Below, in pieces: positions 51,582 to 61,850 of a stretch of 64,000 bases of DNA; the stretch's first letter is position 1, and every line of letters begins with the position of its first letter. Source of the DNA: Candidatus Bathyarchaeota archaeon. Its GTDB lineage: Archaea > Thermoproteota > Bathyarchaeia > 40CM-2-53-6 > RBG-13-38-9. The notes under the pieces were generated by a model. The model saw nothing but the letters and a program-made list of their open reading frames with translations, did not search any database and was not told the DNA's origin. Where the stretch lies: NCBI GenBank assembly GCA_963807605.1, contig CAWECG010000004.1:640001-704000 (forward strand). The letters run 5' to 3'. The translations under genes and the position numbers were made by a program.

Positions 51582-54500
51582 TTAAGCGCCATTTGAGAGC
51601 GCGGCAGGTCTACGTGATCTTCTTTCATAGATATTCTCATCCGAGTAGCCAACATAACGACTTAGTAAGAATAGTGAAGTGAACATAACGGTTACTAATA
51701 ATGCATATGGGATCATAAGGATGAATGAAGCTGTTTCGTCAAACTTCATTCGTGGAGAATCGTATCTGACTTTTATTGGGGAAGGAATACTGTAAGGGAA
51801 TGCTATGGTGGCCTCATCTGACAAGTAAATGTGAAGTGTAAGGTTTCCATCCAGCGTTATATCGCGACCATCACTGTATATTGGTGGCGCTCCATGCATG
51901 AAATAAAAGCTTTCAAGGCGGATCTTCCCGTTGACAGACACATCTGGTTGTCTCATCAGCAGGGTCACGTTTCCAGTCATATTTACTGATGATAATTCTC
52001 CGGCAGTCTCGTCCTTTCCGTTCATGTGGCTCGTTCGGTCTGTAAGGACTATTGAAGGATCATGTGCTACCACTGTGGTATAGAATCCATATCCTTTCTC
52101 AACAGTCACTTCATCACTTGTAACTTGGATTACACGGGCCTCACCAACACTAATATTGTCCATTCTTGCCAGAGAGTCATGTAATTTATCTGTCTGTTCT
52201 CCCAGCATGTTATCTTCTGGGAGATTAGTTAGTTGTATGGATCCGGAAACAAGCTTGATTGTTCCAGTTGCATTCAATCTTGTAAATAGCAGGCTGGGTT
52301 CAAGTGTAAACCATGGGGAGAGCGTTGTTGCGTCGAAGGGTTTGATCCGGTCACTTAGGACTTCGATAATACACTCAACCGCCGCTTTATTGAAAACTTG
52401 ATTTATACTAATCAGCGGATAAATATTGACATAGATTAGGCTAACTCGGTTTATAGTAGTCGCCATAATAAACGGCGACGAATTAGAATTTGCAACATAC
52501 CGAGCTTTAACATCAGCGCCAGTAGATTCAATCGCAGGCACCTTCACGGAAGGCAGCATTCCCAAATACTTGCTTGTGGCTATGCCACTAGCACTAAATA
52601 TCCCCGTGGTCATCCTGCCAAAATGACTAAGAAACGGCCCGTAGCCGTTTGTGTTTAGTACTACAACCGAACGGACTCGAGCTGTTTGGCTGTTCACAAC
52701 CTGGTTGAAGATGTCATAGCATGTCAGGTCATCATAAGGAAGCACCAGAACGTCGTGATTCTCTATCCCATTGTCATTCGAGACCATTGTTGTGTAATTG
52801 AATCCAGATGATGAAAGAATGTCATAGGCATAGAATATCGATTCGGTTGATGGGGGGATACCATCTAAGACCTGGACATGCCATAACATCATATTGGCAA
52901 ATGAGGTTGTGACGTTGTTCATTAGCTCCGCTCCAATCACAATATTGGTATTAGTCTTTGAAACTCCCTTGTCATAGGGTTTTGAAGCTACGTTTCTGTC
53001 GTTGACAAAGATCTTCATGAAATATCCATCGTATTCAGCTCTCAAAACGTACTGCACGTTAGGTGATAGTATTTCGTCTGTCAGTAATACTTCTTCTTTG
53101 TTCCCGTCTGGGGATATTTTGAAGGCTATCTTTTTCCCATATTGGGCTATTTCCCAGCTTTTCCGTGGAGGTGTGCCCCAATCAAATTTACTGATTATTA
53201 CCTGATTGTGCGTTAAATCCAGAGGTTGAAACTTCAGTTCTACTAGGATCTTGTCAAAGTTAGTATTTTCGTCATCAAGTCTAATAGAGCTGTTCACGCC
53301 ATTGAAAATGGCCGTTCCATTTAACTTGACATTGGTACCGCTCGGCCCTTCCTTGTAAAAATTTAGAGATCGCATGCTATCTTCGAAAAAAAGTCCCAGT
53401 ACCATGAATTGTTTGTCCGATTGGTACCATGTCTTGGGCGGCATAGCGGCTTTTGTCGAGGCGTCGTATGGTATAACCAAAGCTGTAGAACTTTCGTTGA
53501 CCGGTATAGACCAGTTGTTGATCTGCTTTATTGCAAGCTCTTCATTACTAAGGTATACTGGAGCAGTGTCGCTCAGGTGTTGGAGGTACGCTTCCTTGCG
53601 ATCCATAGTCATTTGGGAATCCAGAGTTTTGTTGACGAAGATGTATGTCGGGACTAGTTTTGAGACCCTAGTGACAAATAGCGGGAACTCCGGGCTGTTT
53701 GATCTCCATGCTGCGGGCGATTCTTGGTATATTGCGACAGCTCCCGTGTAATCCAAGTATTCTCCAGGAATCTGCGGATCGGCTATTATTACTCCACTGC
53801 CGTTTTGGTATATCCTGTCCCTCAGAGTTTCAATCACGCTTAATACTTTTGAACTGGCGACGTTCGTTTGAGTTGCGTTATGATAATACTCAAACCCTAA
53901 GAATACCGACGACATGCCTGAGATGAAGATGAGCGAAACCATAACATAAACAATCCAAGGGTTCGATGGACTTCGCGGTCTCCTCATCTTGACCAAGGCG
54001 ACTTTACTTAAGACTAGTGATCCGACGATCGCCAGTGGGATTCTTAATATTTCTAGCATTCTATCTTCCCTCATAAGAGACAGAATAGATTGCAAACTTG
54101 CAAACATATAATTATGAGGATTATACAAAAATTCAGAGGCATAATTTGTATTAATAATTGATATGAGTCTGCCTCCAAATAATAAAAGAGGTACAGAAAC
54201 TGCAACAGCTAGAAGTTCTCTAGATTTATAATGTTCATTCGTCAAAATTATATATATTGAAGGAAAATACAGTACCCCCAAGATCCCCAGCCTCATTGGG
54301 TAAAGGAACCAAGGGATATAGCCGAATATATCCAAACTTCCGTATTCAAAAGGGAGGTTACCACTGAACCAGAGAAGTATGGCGGCGAGATACATGGTCA
54401 ATACAAACAAGGTCAGGGCAACTCCTATGCTTTTCATACTGGCTTTCACATTTATTTTAGAGGAGAGTCTGATGGGCATCCTTATCCGAGTCAGCACCAG

Positions 54501-55892
54501 AATAGCTAGGCCCAAAGGAATATACTCTAATAATGGCTTGAAGGTTCCGCCGGTATACACGCCTAAAACGTAGGCCACAAGCATGGTTCCAAGAGGCGCT
54601 ACAACGAGAGAATAGCCAAACGATTTAAGCGGCTTCTTCATTTGGTTTTTTGCAAAAAGTGCAAAACAGAGCAGAAACCCATAAAGAAGGGGCATTACTC
54701 CCGGGTGTATCAGTGGAAGTGGAATCAATAGAAAAACCATAAGTAGGGTGAGCTTAAACCTCGGCATATCATCTCGCTTCAAAAGATATAACAAGGAGAA
54801 GGCAATTCCCAACGATAATTCCATCGGCAGGTGAAAGAATAATCGTCTCCAAGTAATGTCGCCGTACGAAATAACATCTGCATTTGAGATTAGGGACAGC
54901 ATTGACTCATTCTGAGTAACAGTCCGCTCAGCGATAAAGCTTAACCAGCCAAAACCTGAGAACATCGTCCACATCGCGGTTGCTACCGCAGGCACATACC
55001 TGCCATAGTTCTTCAAATATGCATTAGCCATCACATAAAATGCGATAATTATTAGAAAGTTTACAAGAATTGAAGTCAAATGAAAAGCGTCAACGGGATG
55101 AGAAGATGGGGGGAGTGGCCCAACGAGTGTAATAATATACGACTCATAAACCGAAAAAAGCGGATACAGTAAAGAAAGATAATAAATTCCTCCTGGAGGA
55201 TACTTCGAGTACGCCAACGCTGTCAAGAACATCCTTGAAAGGTCCCATCCTAAGACGTTGCCTAGCGCAGGATACAGGTCTGCAATAAAGTATCCAAAAA
55301 TCAATAGAACGATTCCGATTACCAAAGAATCACTGCCAAGTGATAGCTCAAATTTGTTGCATGGAAGTCCTTTGTTTCGCCTCCAATTTAGTGCGTATGA
55401 CAATAAACATAGGAAAAGAACGATTCCGAACACCGACAAATTCCTAGAGGTTACGGGCATTAGAAATAAGGCGGTCCCAACGATCATCAGTAGTACTACA
55501 CTAATTGTAAAGGACAGGGATAAAGTCTCAAAGAGAGAACTTCGAGCCTCGTAACGCATAATCTGGAGGATAGAAAGGCCTGGAGCCAAGAGTATGACAA
55601 CCACATAGAGGAACGGGCGTATTTGCGCAATTGTGTCGCTTAAGACCGAAATCAAAAGCAATATCGCCGAACAAATAAGAAATAACGGAATAATTGTGCG
55701 CCCACGGGATGGAATCTTCAGTATCAGTCGAGGATGCCTGCCCGTAGCAGAGACTACCACTGCCACGACTAGTAGGACCCAAAAGAGATATAGAATGTAG
55801 GAGCGTGGGGGAGTACTCAGAAATAGTACTATAGTACCAATCAAAGTGGGGATTACGATGTTTAAGAAATGCCTCGGTAATTCAATCACCAT
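51582..55892 (-). CDS. Large multi-pass membrane protein with extracellular LamG/ConA-like lectin domain
   Basis: About 20 TMs in the N-terminal 670 aa; FNGVNSSI...IISK...YDGYFMKIFVN...IVIGA LamG pattern; C-terminal TM. Confidence 0.7.
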   Translation of the reverse strand: MVIELPRHFLNIVIPTLIGTIVLFLSTPPRSYILYLFWVLLVVAVVVSATGRHPRLILKIPSRGRTIIPLFLICSAILLLISVLSDTIAQIRPFLYVVVILLAPGLSILQIMRYEARSSLFETLSLSFTISVVLLMIVGTALFLMPVTSRNLSVFGIVLFLCLLSYALNWRRNKGLPCNKFELSLGSDSLVIGIVLLIFGYFIADLYPALGNVLGWDLSRMFLTALAYSKYPPGGIYYLSLLYPLFSVYESYIITLVGPLPPSSHPVDAFHLTSILVNFLIIIAFYVMANAYLKNYGRYVPAVATAMWTMFSGFGWLSFIAERTVTQNESMLSLISNADVISYGDITWRRLFFHLPMELSLGIAFSLLYLLKRDDMPRFKLTLLMVFLLIPLPLIHPGVMPLLYGFLLCFALFAKNQMKKPLKSFGYSLVVAPLGTMLVAYVLGVYTGGTFKPLLEYIPLGLAILVLTRIRMPIRLSSKINVKASMKSIGVALTLFVLTMYLAAILLWFSGNLPFEYGSLDIFGYIPWFLYPMRLGILGVLYFPSIYIILTNEHYKSRELLAVAVSVPLLLFGGRLISIINTNYASEFLYNPHNYMFASLQSILSLMREDRMLEILRIPLAIVGSLVLSKVALVKMRRPRSPSNPWIVYVMVSLIFISGMSSVFLGFEYYHNATQTNVASSKVLSVIETLRDRIYQNGSGVIIADPQIPGEYLDYTGAVAIYQESPAAWRSNSPEFPLFVTRVSKLVPTYIFVNKTLDSQMTMDRKEAYLQHLSDTAPVYLSNEELAIKQINNWSIPVNESSTALVIPYDASTKAAMPPKTWYQSDKQFMVLGLFFEDSMRSLNFYKEGPSGTNVKLNGTAIFNGVNSSIRLDDENTNFDKILVELKFQPLDLTHNQVIISKFDWGTPPRKSWEIAQYGKKIAFKISPDGNKEEVLLTDEILSPNVQYVLRAEYDGYFMKIFVNDRNVASKPYDKGVSKTNTNIVIGAELMNNVTTSFANMMLWHVQVLDGIPPSTESIFYAYDILSSSGFNYTTMVSNDNGIENHDVLVLPYDDLTCYDIFNQVVNSQTARVRSVVVLNTNGYGPFLSHFGRMTTGIFSASGIATSKYLGMLPSVKVPAIESTGADVKARYVANSNSSPFIMATTINRVSLIYVNIYPLISINQVFNKAAVECIIEVLSDRIKPFDATTLSPWFTLEPSLLFTRLNATGTIKLVSGSIQLTNLPEDNMLGEQTDKLHDSLARMDNISVGEARVIQVTSDEVTVEKGYGFYTTVVAHDPSIVLTDRTSHMNGKDETAGELSSVNMTGNVTLLMRQPDVSVNGKIRLESFYFMHGAPPIYSDGRDITLDGNLTLHIYLSDEATIAFPYSIPSPIKVRYDSPRMKFDETASFILMIPYALLVTVMFTSLFLLSRYVGYSDENIYERRSRRPAALSNGA

Positions 55893-55907
55893 AATGCCAC
55901 TCCTCCA

Positions 55908-56918
55908 TTATTGGTTTAACGTTTGATCAAAGAAGTCCAGATTCCTTGACAGTATTGATCTTAGGTTGCTGAAAGATTTGTAGTACGATGAGACGAGGTA
56001 GACTAAGGCCCACCATTCAGGTTTTAACTTTCTTTTAAGTATAAGTCCGCCAATCGTAGATATCAAATATCCATTTAATGCGTACAGAAATGCAAGAAGG
56101 TTAAGGATTGATCCGCGGAAAACATCTTTAAAGAAGATGTAAAACCAATATGTGACAGTCATTAACATGAACTCTTTCAGCGGCAGCCTAAGGTTTTCAG
56201 ATGTCTTGTGTATGATTCTAATATATGGTACGGCATAAAGTGAATGAGGTTTCTTGAGGCATACTCTATAGGAAAAGTCTACGTCCTCCAAGTAAGCCCA
56301 TCCCTTTAAATTAGTATCGAAACTCAGTTCGGTGAATACCTCACGTCTATAGCAAAAGCCGCAGCCAAGAAACCTTTGCACGGAAATGATACTTGTGAGT
56401 TCACTTGGAAAAATAGACCAGCCAGATCTCCGTATCCCCATTCTATTCTTTTCGGGATAGGACAACATAAGGACCTTAAAAAGAGCCTGTTCCAGCTTCT
56501 CAGAGAACCTAACGTTTGGTCCTTTTTCCTCAGGACGAGTTACCCAAGGCTGGGCGCCGAGCGCAGTAGGGTTGTCCCTGAGAAAGATCGCTAGCTTGCC
56601 GATAACATCTTGACTCAGCAGAGTGTCGTCATCAAGAAAAAGAATCGCATCGCCCCGAGACGCTGTCACACCCATGTTTCTAGCGGACGTGAGGCTCTCT
56701 CCCCTCGCTTCGATGTACTTCAATCGGCCCCCATTGGAGTCTATTTTGCACTTGAAGGCGTCGACGACCTTTTTGACAGAGTCATTGTCTGATCCGTCCA
56801 CAATAATGACTTCATACGGAGAGACGTCTTGGTTAAGTATTGTCCCTACTAGGTCAGCTAAATCTCTAGGTCTATTTCGTGCTGGAATCACTACTGAGAT
56901 ACTGGGTAGGCGCTCCAT
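55908..56918 (-). CDS. Glycosyltransferase family 2
   Basis: SVVIP, IIVD, ARNMG, FLDDD, EDVD. Confidence 0.93.
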   Translation of the reverse strand: MERLPSISVVIPARNRPRDLADLVGTILNQDVSPYEVIIVDGSDNDSVKKVVDAFKCKIDSNGGRLKYIEARGESLTSARNMGVTASRGDAILFLDDDTLLSQDVIGKLAIFLRDNPTALGAQPWVTRPEEKGPNVRFSEKLEQALFKVLMLSYPEKNRMGIRRSGWSIFPSELTSIISVQRFLGCGFCYRREVFTELSFDTNLKGWAYLEDVDFSYRVCLKKPHSLYAVPYIRIIHKTSENLRLPLKEFMLMTVTYWFYIFFKDVFRGSILNLLAFLYALNGYLISTIGGLILKRKLKPEWWALVYLVSSYYKSFSNLRSILSRNLDFFDQTLNQ

Positions 56919-57179
56919 TCTAGTCTCCTCCTGCCGATTTCTTATGGTCCTGGTGACACCAAGTCCAATTCAATAATCGAGCTGATGAACGTATTTGTTA
57001 GAACAATCCTCAAATCGCTAAAACGCACTGTCAATGGAGAGATTGCCTACCAAATCCATTGATAATCACAATTGATCAGTATCTGCGAGCGCTTTCGCGA
57101 TGTTGCAAAGATGATACTCTCCTAATCATCGACTATTCTTGGTCCTTGCCTTGAACAGAATTGTAGCATAGTTTCAACG

Positions 57180-57310
57180 CGGATTTTATCCTGATGATAG
57201 GTAAGTATTGAGAAGCCAACTTTGATCTCTTCAAAATCTCATAATTGAAGCCCCGTGCAAGTTCCAGGTCCACGCTGAATATGACTACTCCCCTATCCAT
57301 TTCAGCCATC
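57180..57310 (-). pseudogene. Polysaccharide deacetylase N-terminal fragment
   Basis: MDRGVVIFSVDLELARG motif, truncated. Confidence 0.55.
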
Positions 57311-57383
57311 AAGTTGCATAGTTCCATCGTCATAAACTCTTGAGTCTTTAGACGTGCGCTCGCAAAACCGGGAATTGGCTGCC

Positions 57384-58565
57384 TCATGGAGTTAACGCCA
57401 TTGAGTGAGTGCTTACTGGACCAACCCCGTGCACTGAGCGTGTGCTAATTGCTTCAAAGGCAGACCTCCAATCGGCCAGTATCTTCTCCTCATTATAGTG
57501 GCTTATCAACAGACTGTACGCATCCCTCGATACGTCATTCAAGTCCGGTCTTTCAAGAATCTCTAAGACTCTCCTAGCGATGTATTCTGCTTCTGTATTA
57601 TCCAATAGAAACGCATTTGTTCCATCATCAAATAGACCTGCGAGTCCACCAACGCGCGTGACTAACACTGGAGTTCCACATGCCATAGCTTCCAGCACTA
57701 TGGAAGGCATCCCTTCAGACCGCGAGGGTAGAATGAGAAGCTTTATCCTTTTTAGATAAGTTCCAGGATCATTAGTCCAGGGAACCATAGCCACTCGTTT
57801 CTCAACCTCGGGAGAACCTATCTTTTCCAATACTGTGTCTTTCAAGGGCCCATCCCCGACTATCAGGAAATTAACATCACCCCTCCTTGAGATTATATGT
57901 GGAATTGACATTACAAACTCCAAAACACCTTTTTCCCAGCTCAATCGGGAAACAAAGCCCACAACATTCTTTCTATCAGACGGCTGAGAATAGCTGAACC
58001 TCTCAAGAAACGCTTTATCGCAGAATCTGATGGGCGCCTCAAACACTTTTTTCGAATACTTCCTTAATGGAGGTCTCTTCACTAGACTGCACGTAACAAC
58101 GAGAATACCTTTGGACCATCTATAGTAGAGATTTTCCAAAATGGTAATCGCTCTTCTAGAGGTATTACTCTCTGAACGAATTGAAATGGGAATTCCTCCC
58201 ACATAGACTAGTGGGCTCTTAGCCAAAAGGCGTGATAGTAACACGGGAAGCGGCATCAGGCAATGAGAGAAAATCACAAGGTCGAACTTCTTATGTAATC
58301 TAAGAAGTGATAGGGACACTAACATTTGTTCAAATAAGAAAAAGAACCAGTTCAAAAACATGTTATTCGACTGTTTGCTTAAGACTCCAGATAATGCCGC
58401 CTCAAAAACCTCCACCTCTTTCGGTAAATATGCACGAGCCCTTCTTTTCGATTGCGTTAAAAAAACGACTCTAAAATTTAGCGACCTCAGGATCTTTATA
58501 GTATCGGTTATGACTGGCGAGGTCAACAGAATTTTCAATGAGAAAACTAAGAGAACTACAGACAT
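57384..58565 (-). CDS. Glycosyltransferase family 4 (paralog of 36120-37262)
   Basis: Start re-called at ATG 58565 (MSVVLLVFS); GFVSRLSWEKG, EGMPSIVLEAMACG. Confidence 0.92.
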   Translation of the reverse strand: MSVVLLVFSLKILLTSPVITDTIKILRSLNFRVVFLTQSKRRARAYLPKEVEVFEAALSGVLSKQSNNMFLNWFFFLFEQMLVSLSLLRLHKKFDLVIFSHCLMPLPVLLSRLLAKSPLVYVGGIPISIRSESNTSRRAITILENLYYRWSKGILVVTCSLVKRPPLRKYSKKVFEAPIRFCDKAFLERFSYSQPSDRKNVVGFVSRLSWEKGVLEFVMSIPHIISRRGDVNFLIVGDGPLKDTVLEKIGSPEVEKRVAMVPWTNDPGTYLKRIKLLILPSRSEGMPSIVLEAMACGTPVLVTRVGGLAGLFDDGTNAFLLDNTEAEYIARRVLEILERPDLNDVSRDAYSLLISHYNEEKILADWRSAFEAISTRSVHGVGPVSTHSMALTP

Positions 58566-58781
58566 TTGTGATCTACCTATTGCCGTCACATTAAATGCCC
58601 TTTGCAATACACGTGCACCTCTCCACCAAACGTGATAATAGTCTCGCAATTGAGCGACTGCAGCATCCTAATGGTACCTGTTATAGTAAGAATGAACCCT
58701 CTCGATAGATTTCTCAGGGAATGAACTAAAAGAATAACTGACATTAGAAACAGATCTAATGGCACGCGAATAGGAGTTGGA

Positions 58782-60023
58782 TCATGAAAATCTAGGGGGC
58801 TGAAGCGTTGTTGGTTCTGCTTCCATGCCTCTGAGTAACTTATATTCACTGTTCTTCTCCTCTAGCACTTTCCTGTAAAGGGCTTCAGTTAAACCAGACA
58901 CTCTTTCTATCGAAAAACGTTCCCGAAGAAGCAAGTGGCCTTCTATTCCCATTTTCCTGCCTTCATCAGGGCATGTGAGTATGTATTTTATCCTTTCAAC
59001 TAATTGTTGCACATTTTCGGACTCGAATAGTAGACCAGTCCTCATATGATCTACTATATCGGACATTGACTCAACGTCTGAGACTATTACGGGTTTACGG
59101 CAAGCAAAAGCCTCTAGGATTGTGTGTGGAAAGGTTTCATATCTAGAAGGCAAGACGTAAACTTCAGCATCAACATAAGCTTCAAGTTTATCTCTAGCGT
59201 AAAGAGGGCCTGTTAAGAGCATCTTGTTTTGCAATCGTAGTTGGCTGATTAACGATCTTACCTCGTAAAGGTATCCATCATCAGGCCCAGCTATAACAAG
59301 TAATACATCATTAAAATTCATCCCGTTAACTAGTTTGGCGTAGGCTTTTACTAGTATGTCAATTCCTTTGATTCTATGTATCCTTCCAAGGTATAGGATT
59401 ATTTTCGTATCTTTATCGATATTGTATCTTCCCTTGAAATCTCCCCTCGGTGGAAGATCAACGTACTCTGACAATTCCAATCCATTAGGTATGAGAGCGA
59501 TTTTTTCCCCCGGTACGCCTTTAAGCTTGTAGTGTTGAATTTCAGTCCTGGTAAGGGCAACCGTCCTAGAGCAATCCCGCAACAACCTGCTACCAAGACA
59601 TGTATCATATAACCATTTCAATCTCTGTAATCTATCTACTCTAGGAAGTGATCCATGAGCCTGTACAATATAAGGAACTCCATACTCTTTTGCATAGCGA
59701 TGAACTATTATGTCTTGAAAGTTACGCCAGGAATGAAGATGAATAACATCGTATTTGTTCAGATTCTTCTTCATGGCTCCTTCCATGGAAGGAGATATAT
59801 TATAATCACTGAACACACGGATCCTTGGGAACAATACTAAGCGATAACCCTCAGAATAAGTTTCAAATCGTGAATTTCGGAAATTACTTTTTCCAGGCGA
59901 TGCTGTGGTGGCATAAATAGTAACATTATGCTTTTTCGCGAGGGACTTCGAAATTGAACGTACAGCCTCTGCTGGCCCACCAAACGGAGGAGAGAAGAAG
60001 GGTATCACTTCAAGAATTCGCAT
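58782..60023 (-). CDS. Glycosyltransferase family 4
   Basis: FGGP, YLGRIHRIKG, ETFPHTILEA. Confidence 0.93.
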   Translation of the reverse strand: MRILEVIPFFSPPFGGPAEAVRSISKSLAKKHNVTIYATTASPGKSNFRNSRFETYSEGYRLVLFPRIRVFSDYNISPSMEGAMKKNLNKYDVIHLHSWRNFQDIIVHRYAKEYGVPYIVQAHGSLPRVDRLQRLKWLYDTCLGSRLLRDCSRTVALTRTEIQHYKLKGVPGEKIALIPNGLELSEYVDLPPRGDFKGRYNIDKDTKIILYLGRIHRIKGIDILVKAYAKLVNGMNFNDVLLVIAGPDDGYLYEVRSLISQLRLQNKMLLTGPLYARDKLEAYVDAEVYVLPSRYETFPHTILEAFACRKPVIVSDVESMSDIVDHMRTGLLFESENVQQLVERIKYILTCPDEGRKMGIEGHLLLRERFSIERVSGLTEALYRKVLEEKNSEYKLLRGMEAEPTTLQPPRFS

Positions 60024-60035
60024 ATGCGCACATTT

Positions 60036-60537
60036 TCAACGTTTAGTGCCTCTAATGTGGAGACAATCGGGAAGAAACGGTATGCCTCTGTAACCCTTGA
60101 TGACTCTTTTTACATTTGTGATTCCATTAGATTCTAAGCATGATCTAAGAAGACCAAATGAAAAACCGCATCTGTGCTGTTCATAAGGATAACTCTGTCC
60201 TCCATATATGTTCTCCACGTTTTGCCAACTCGGACTTAAGAAGAATAGGAAAGCTCTTGCACGAAGATTGGGACAGCGAATCTCAATAGTTCCGCCTTTC
60301 CTCAGAACACGTACCCATTCCCCTAGCACGCCGACAACATCCTTATGGCTGATGTGTTCAATACAATGACTTGAACTCACATGGTGAAATATCTCACTCT
60401 TGAATGGCAACACTCGAGCATCTGCTACAATATCTGTCACAGGTGTTCTGCGAAGATTCGAGACCTATCATGCCCTCTCTCTTATCGTGGCCGCAACCAA
60501 TCTCAACCCCTAACAACTCTGTGTTATTGTTGGTCAC
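60036..60537 (-). pseudogene. SAM methyltransferase (Methyltransf_11) with one +1 frameshift near 60457 (possibly a sequencing error)
   Basis: GTG 60537: VEIGCG...MIGL|DLRRTPVTDIVADARVLPF...HCIEH. Confidence 0.8.
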
Positions 60538-60539
60538 GT

Positions 60540-61661
60540 TTACTTGTTCCGCCTTCTAACTAGTAGGCTGCCCAAGTATCTGTCCCAATTCTCCCCCGCA
60601 AAGTTATCTACGAAATACCTTTTGCAATTCTTTGACAGACGCAGAAAATTGTCTTGAATATAGCGTATGCCTTCAACCCACTCTTCAGCTTTCGCATCTA
60701 CATCAAGAAGATATCCAGTTTCTTTATTTGAAACGAATTCGGGCAATCCTCCGACATTGCTTGAGACAACAGGCGTCCCATACATATAGGAGACAAGTAC
60801 ACTTGAACTCTGAGTCTCCCGTTTGTATGGTGCAACCACAGCTATGCTTCTCCGAATTAACTTACCAAATTCCTTATCGTTAACTCTATCAGTGTAACAA
60901 ACCGTAAGGTTTTGCTGCTCATATCTCCGCTCCCTTATGCTAAACGGTGAAGTCATCAAGAATTTGTAGTTCAAATGATTATCTTGGGAATACCTCACTA
61001 TCTCCAAGAATTTTTCTGTATTCTTGGCAGGAAGAGGAGGCCCCACAAAAGTAACGTATTGTCTTTCCTGATCATCATTGTCCCAACCGCTTAAGTCCTC
61101 TAACATCAGAGGAACATACACCTTGGTTCCAGAAAAATTCGGATAATGTGATTCAAAGAGATTCGACGCAAGGTTTGATGAGACGATAGCTATATCAGTA
61201 CAGTCAAGCAACCTTCCCTGGAAATGTTCAAACAGATGCAGCCAGTATTGATGAAAACCCCCGTGATACTTTTTATCTTCCACGTATGGTTCATGCACGT
61301 GATAAATAAATAAAGCATTATACTGTTCCGAACGTTTCGCGACTAGATGGTTCAAGAAGTGGTAATTCATCAGGTATACATGGGTGGGGCTATCTTTCGA
61401 GAACACCCTTGCTATTTCCTTACGATTTTCTAGATTCCACGTATCCCGGACCATTGAATGAATGTTTGATGAATTACCAATGAACACTGTCTTCCCCTTT
61501 TCTTCCTTTGACAACATCCATTCATAGCCCCTGCTCAACATATACCTAACAGAGTAACCTTCCTTTTCACATGCACGACCAAAAGCAAAACAGTGGGACT
61601 TAAACACTGGCCGATACATTAGACTACCCACGTAGATTGTCACAGTACGCTTCTCTTTCAT
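60540..61661 (-). CDS. Glycosyltransferase family 4
   Basis: HVHEP, PVVSSNVGGLPE; ATG 61661. Confidence 0.88.
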   Translation of the reverse strand: MKEKRTVTIYVGSLMYRPVFKSHCFAFGRACEKEGYSVRYMLSRGYEWMLSKEEKGKTVFIGNSSNIHSMVRDTWNLENRKEIARVFSKDSPTHVYLMNYHFLNHLVAKRSEQYNALFIYHVHEPYVEDKKYHGGFHQYWLHLFEHFQGRLLDCTDIAIVSSNLASNLFESHYPNFSGTKVYVPLMLEDLSGWDNDDQERQYVTFVGPPLPAKNTEKFLEIVRYSQDNHLNYKFLMTSPFSIRERRYEQQNLTVCYTDRVNDKEFGKLIRRSIAVVAPYKRETQSSSVLVSYMYGTPVVSSNVGGLPEFVSNKETGYLLDVDAKAEEWVEGIRYIQDNFLRLSKNCKRYFVDNFAGENWDRYLGSLLVRRRNK

Positions 61662-61850
61662 GTGTGGGGTTCGGCACACATCCCCATTACTCCCTTCATT
61701 TTCATTCCTACGCGGGTTCCTGGCATGTCGTACTCAACATATCTCTTTCCAGACTCTCCCAGTCTACTTGAGATATCTGGATTCCTTCTCAATGGTTTCA
61801 GGCGGATACCTGGTCCGCCTGCTAACACCACGGCGGTTCCTATTTGAATG
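61658..61850 (-). pseudogene. Chimeric remnant: sugar-phosphate nucleotidyltransferase N-terminus fused to a GT4 C-terminus
   Basis: IGTAVVLAGGPGIRLKPL + RRNPDISSRLGESGKRYVE...(paralogous to the end of 61966-63177). Confidence 0.7.
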
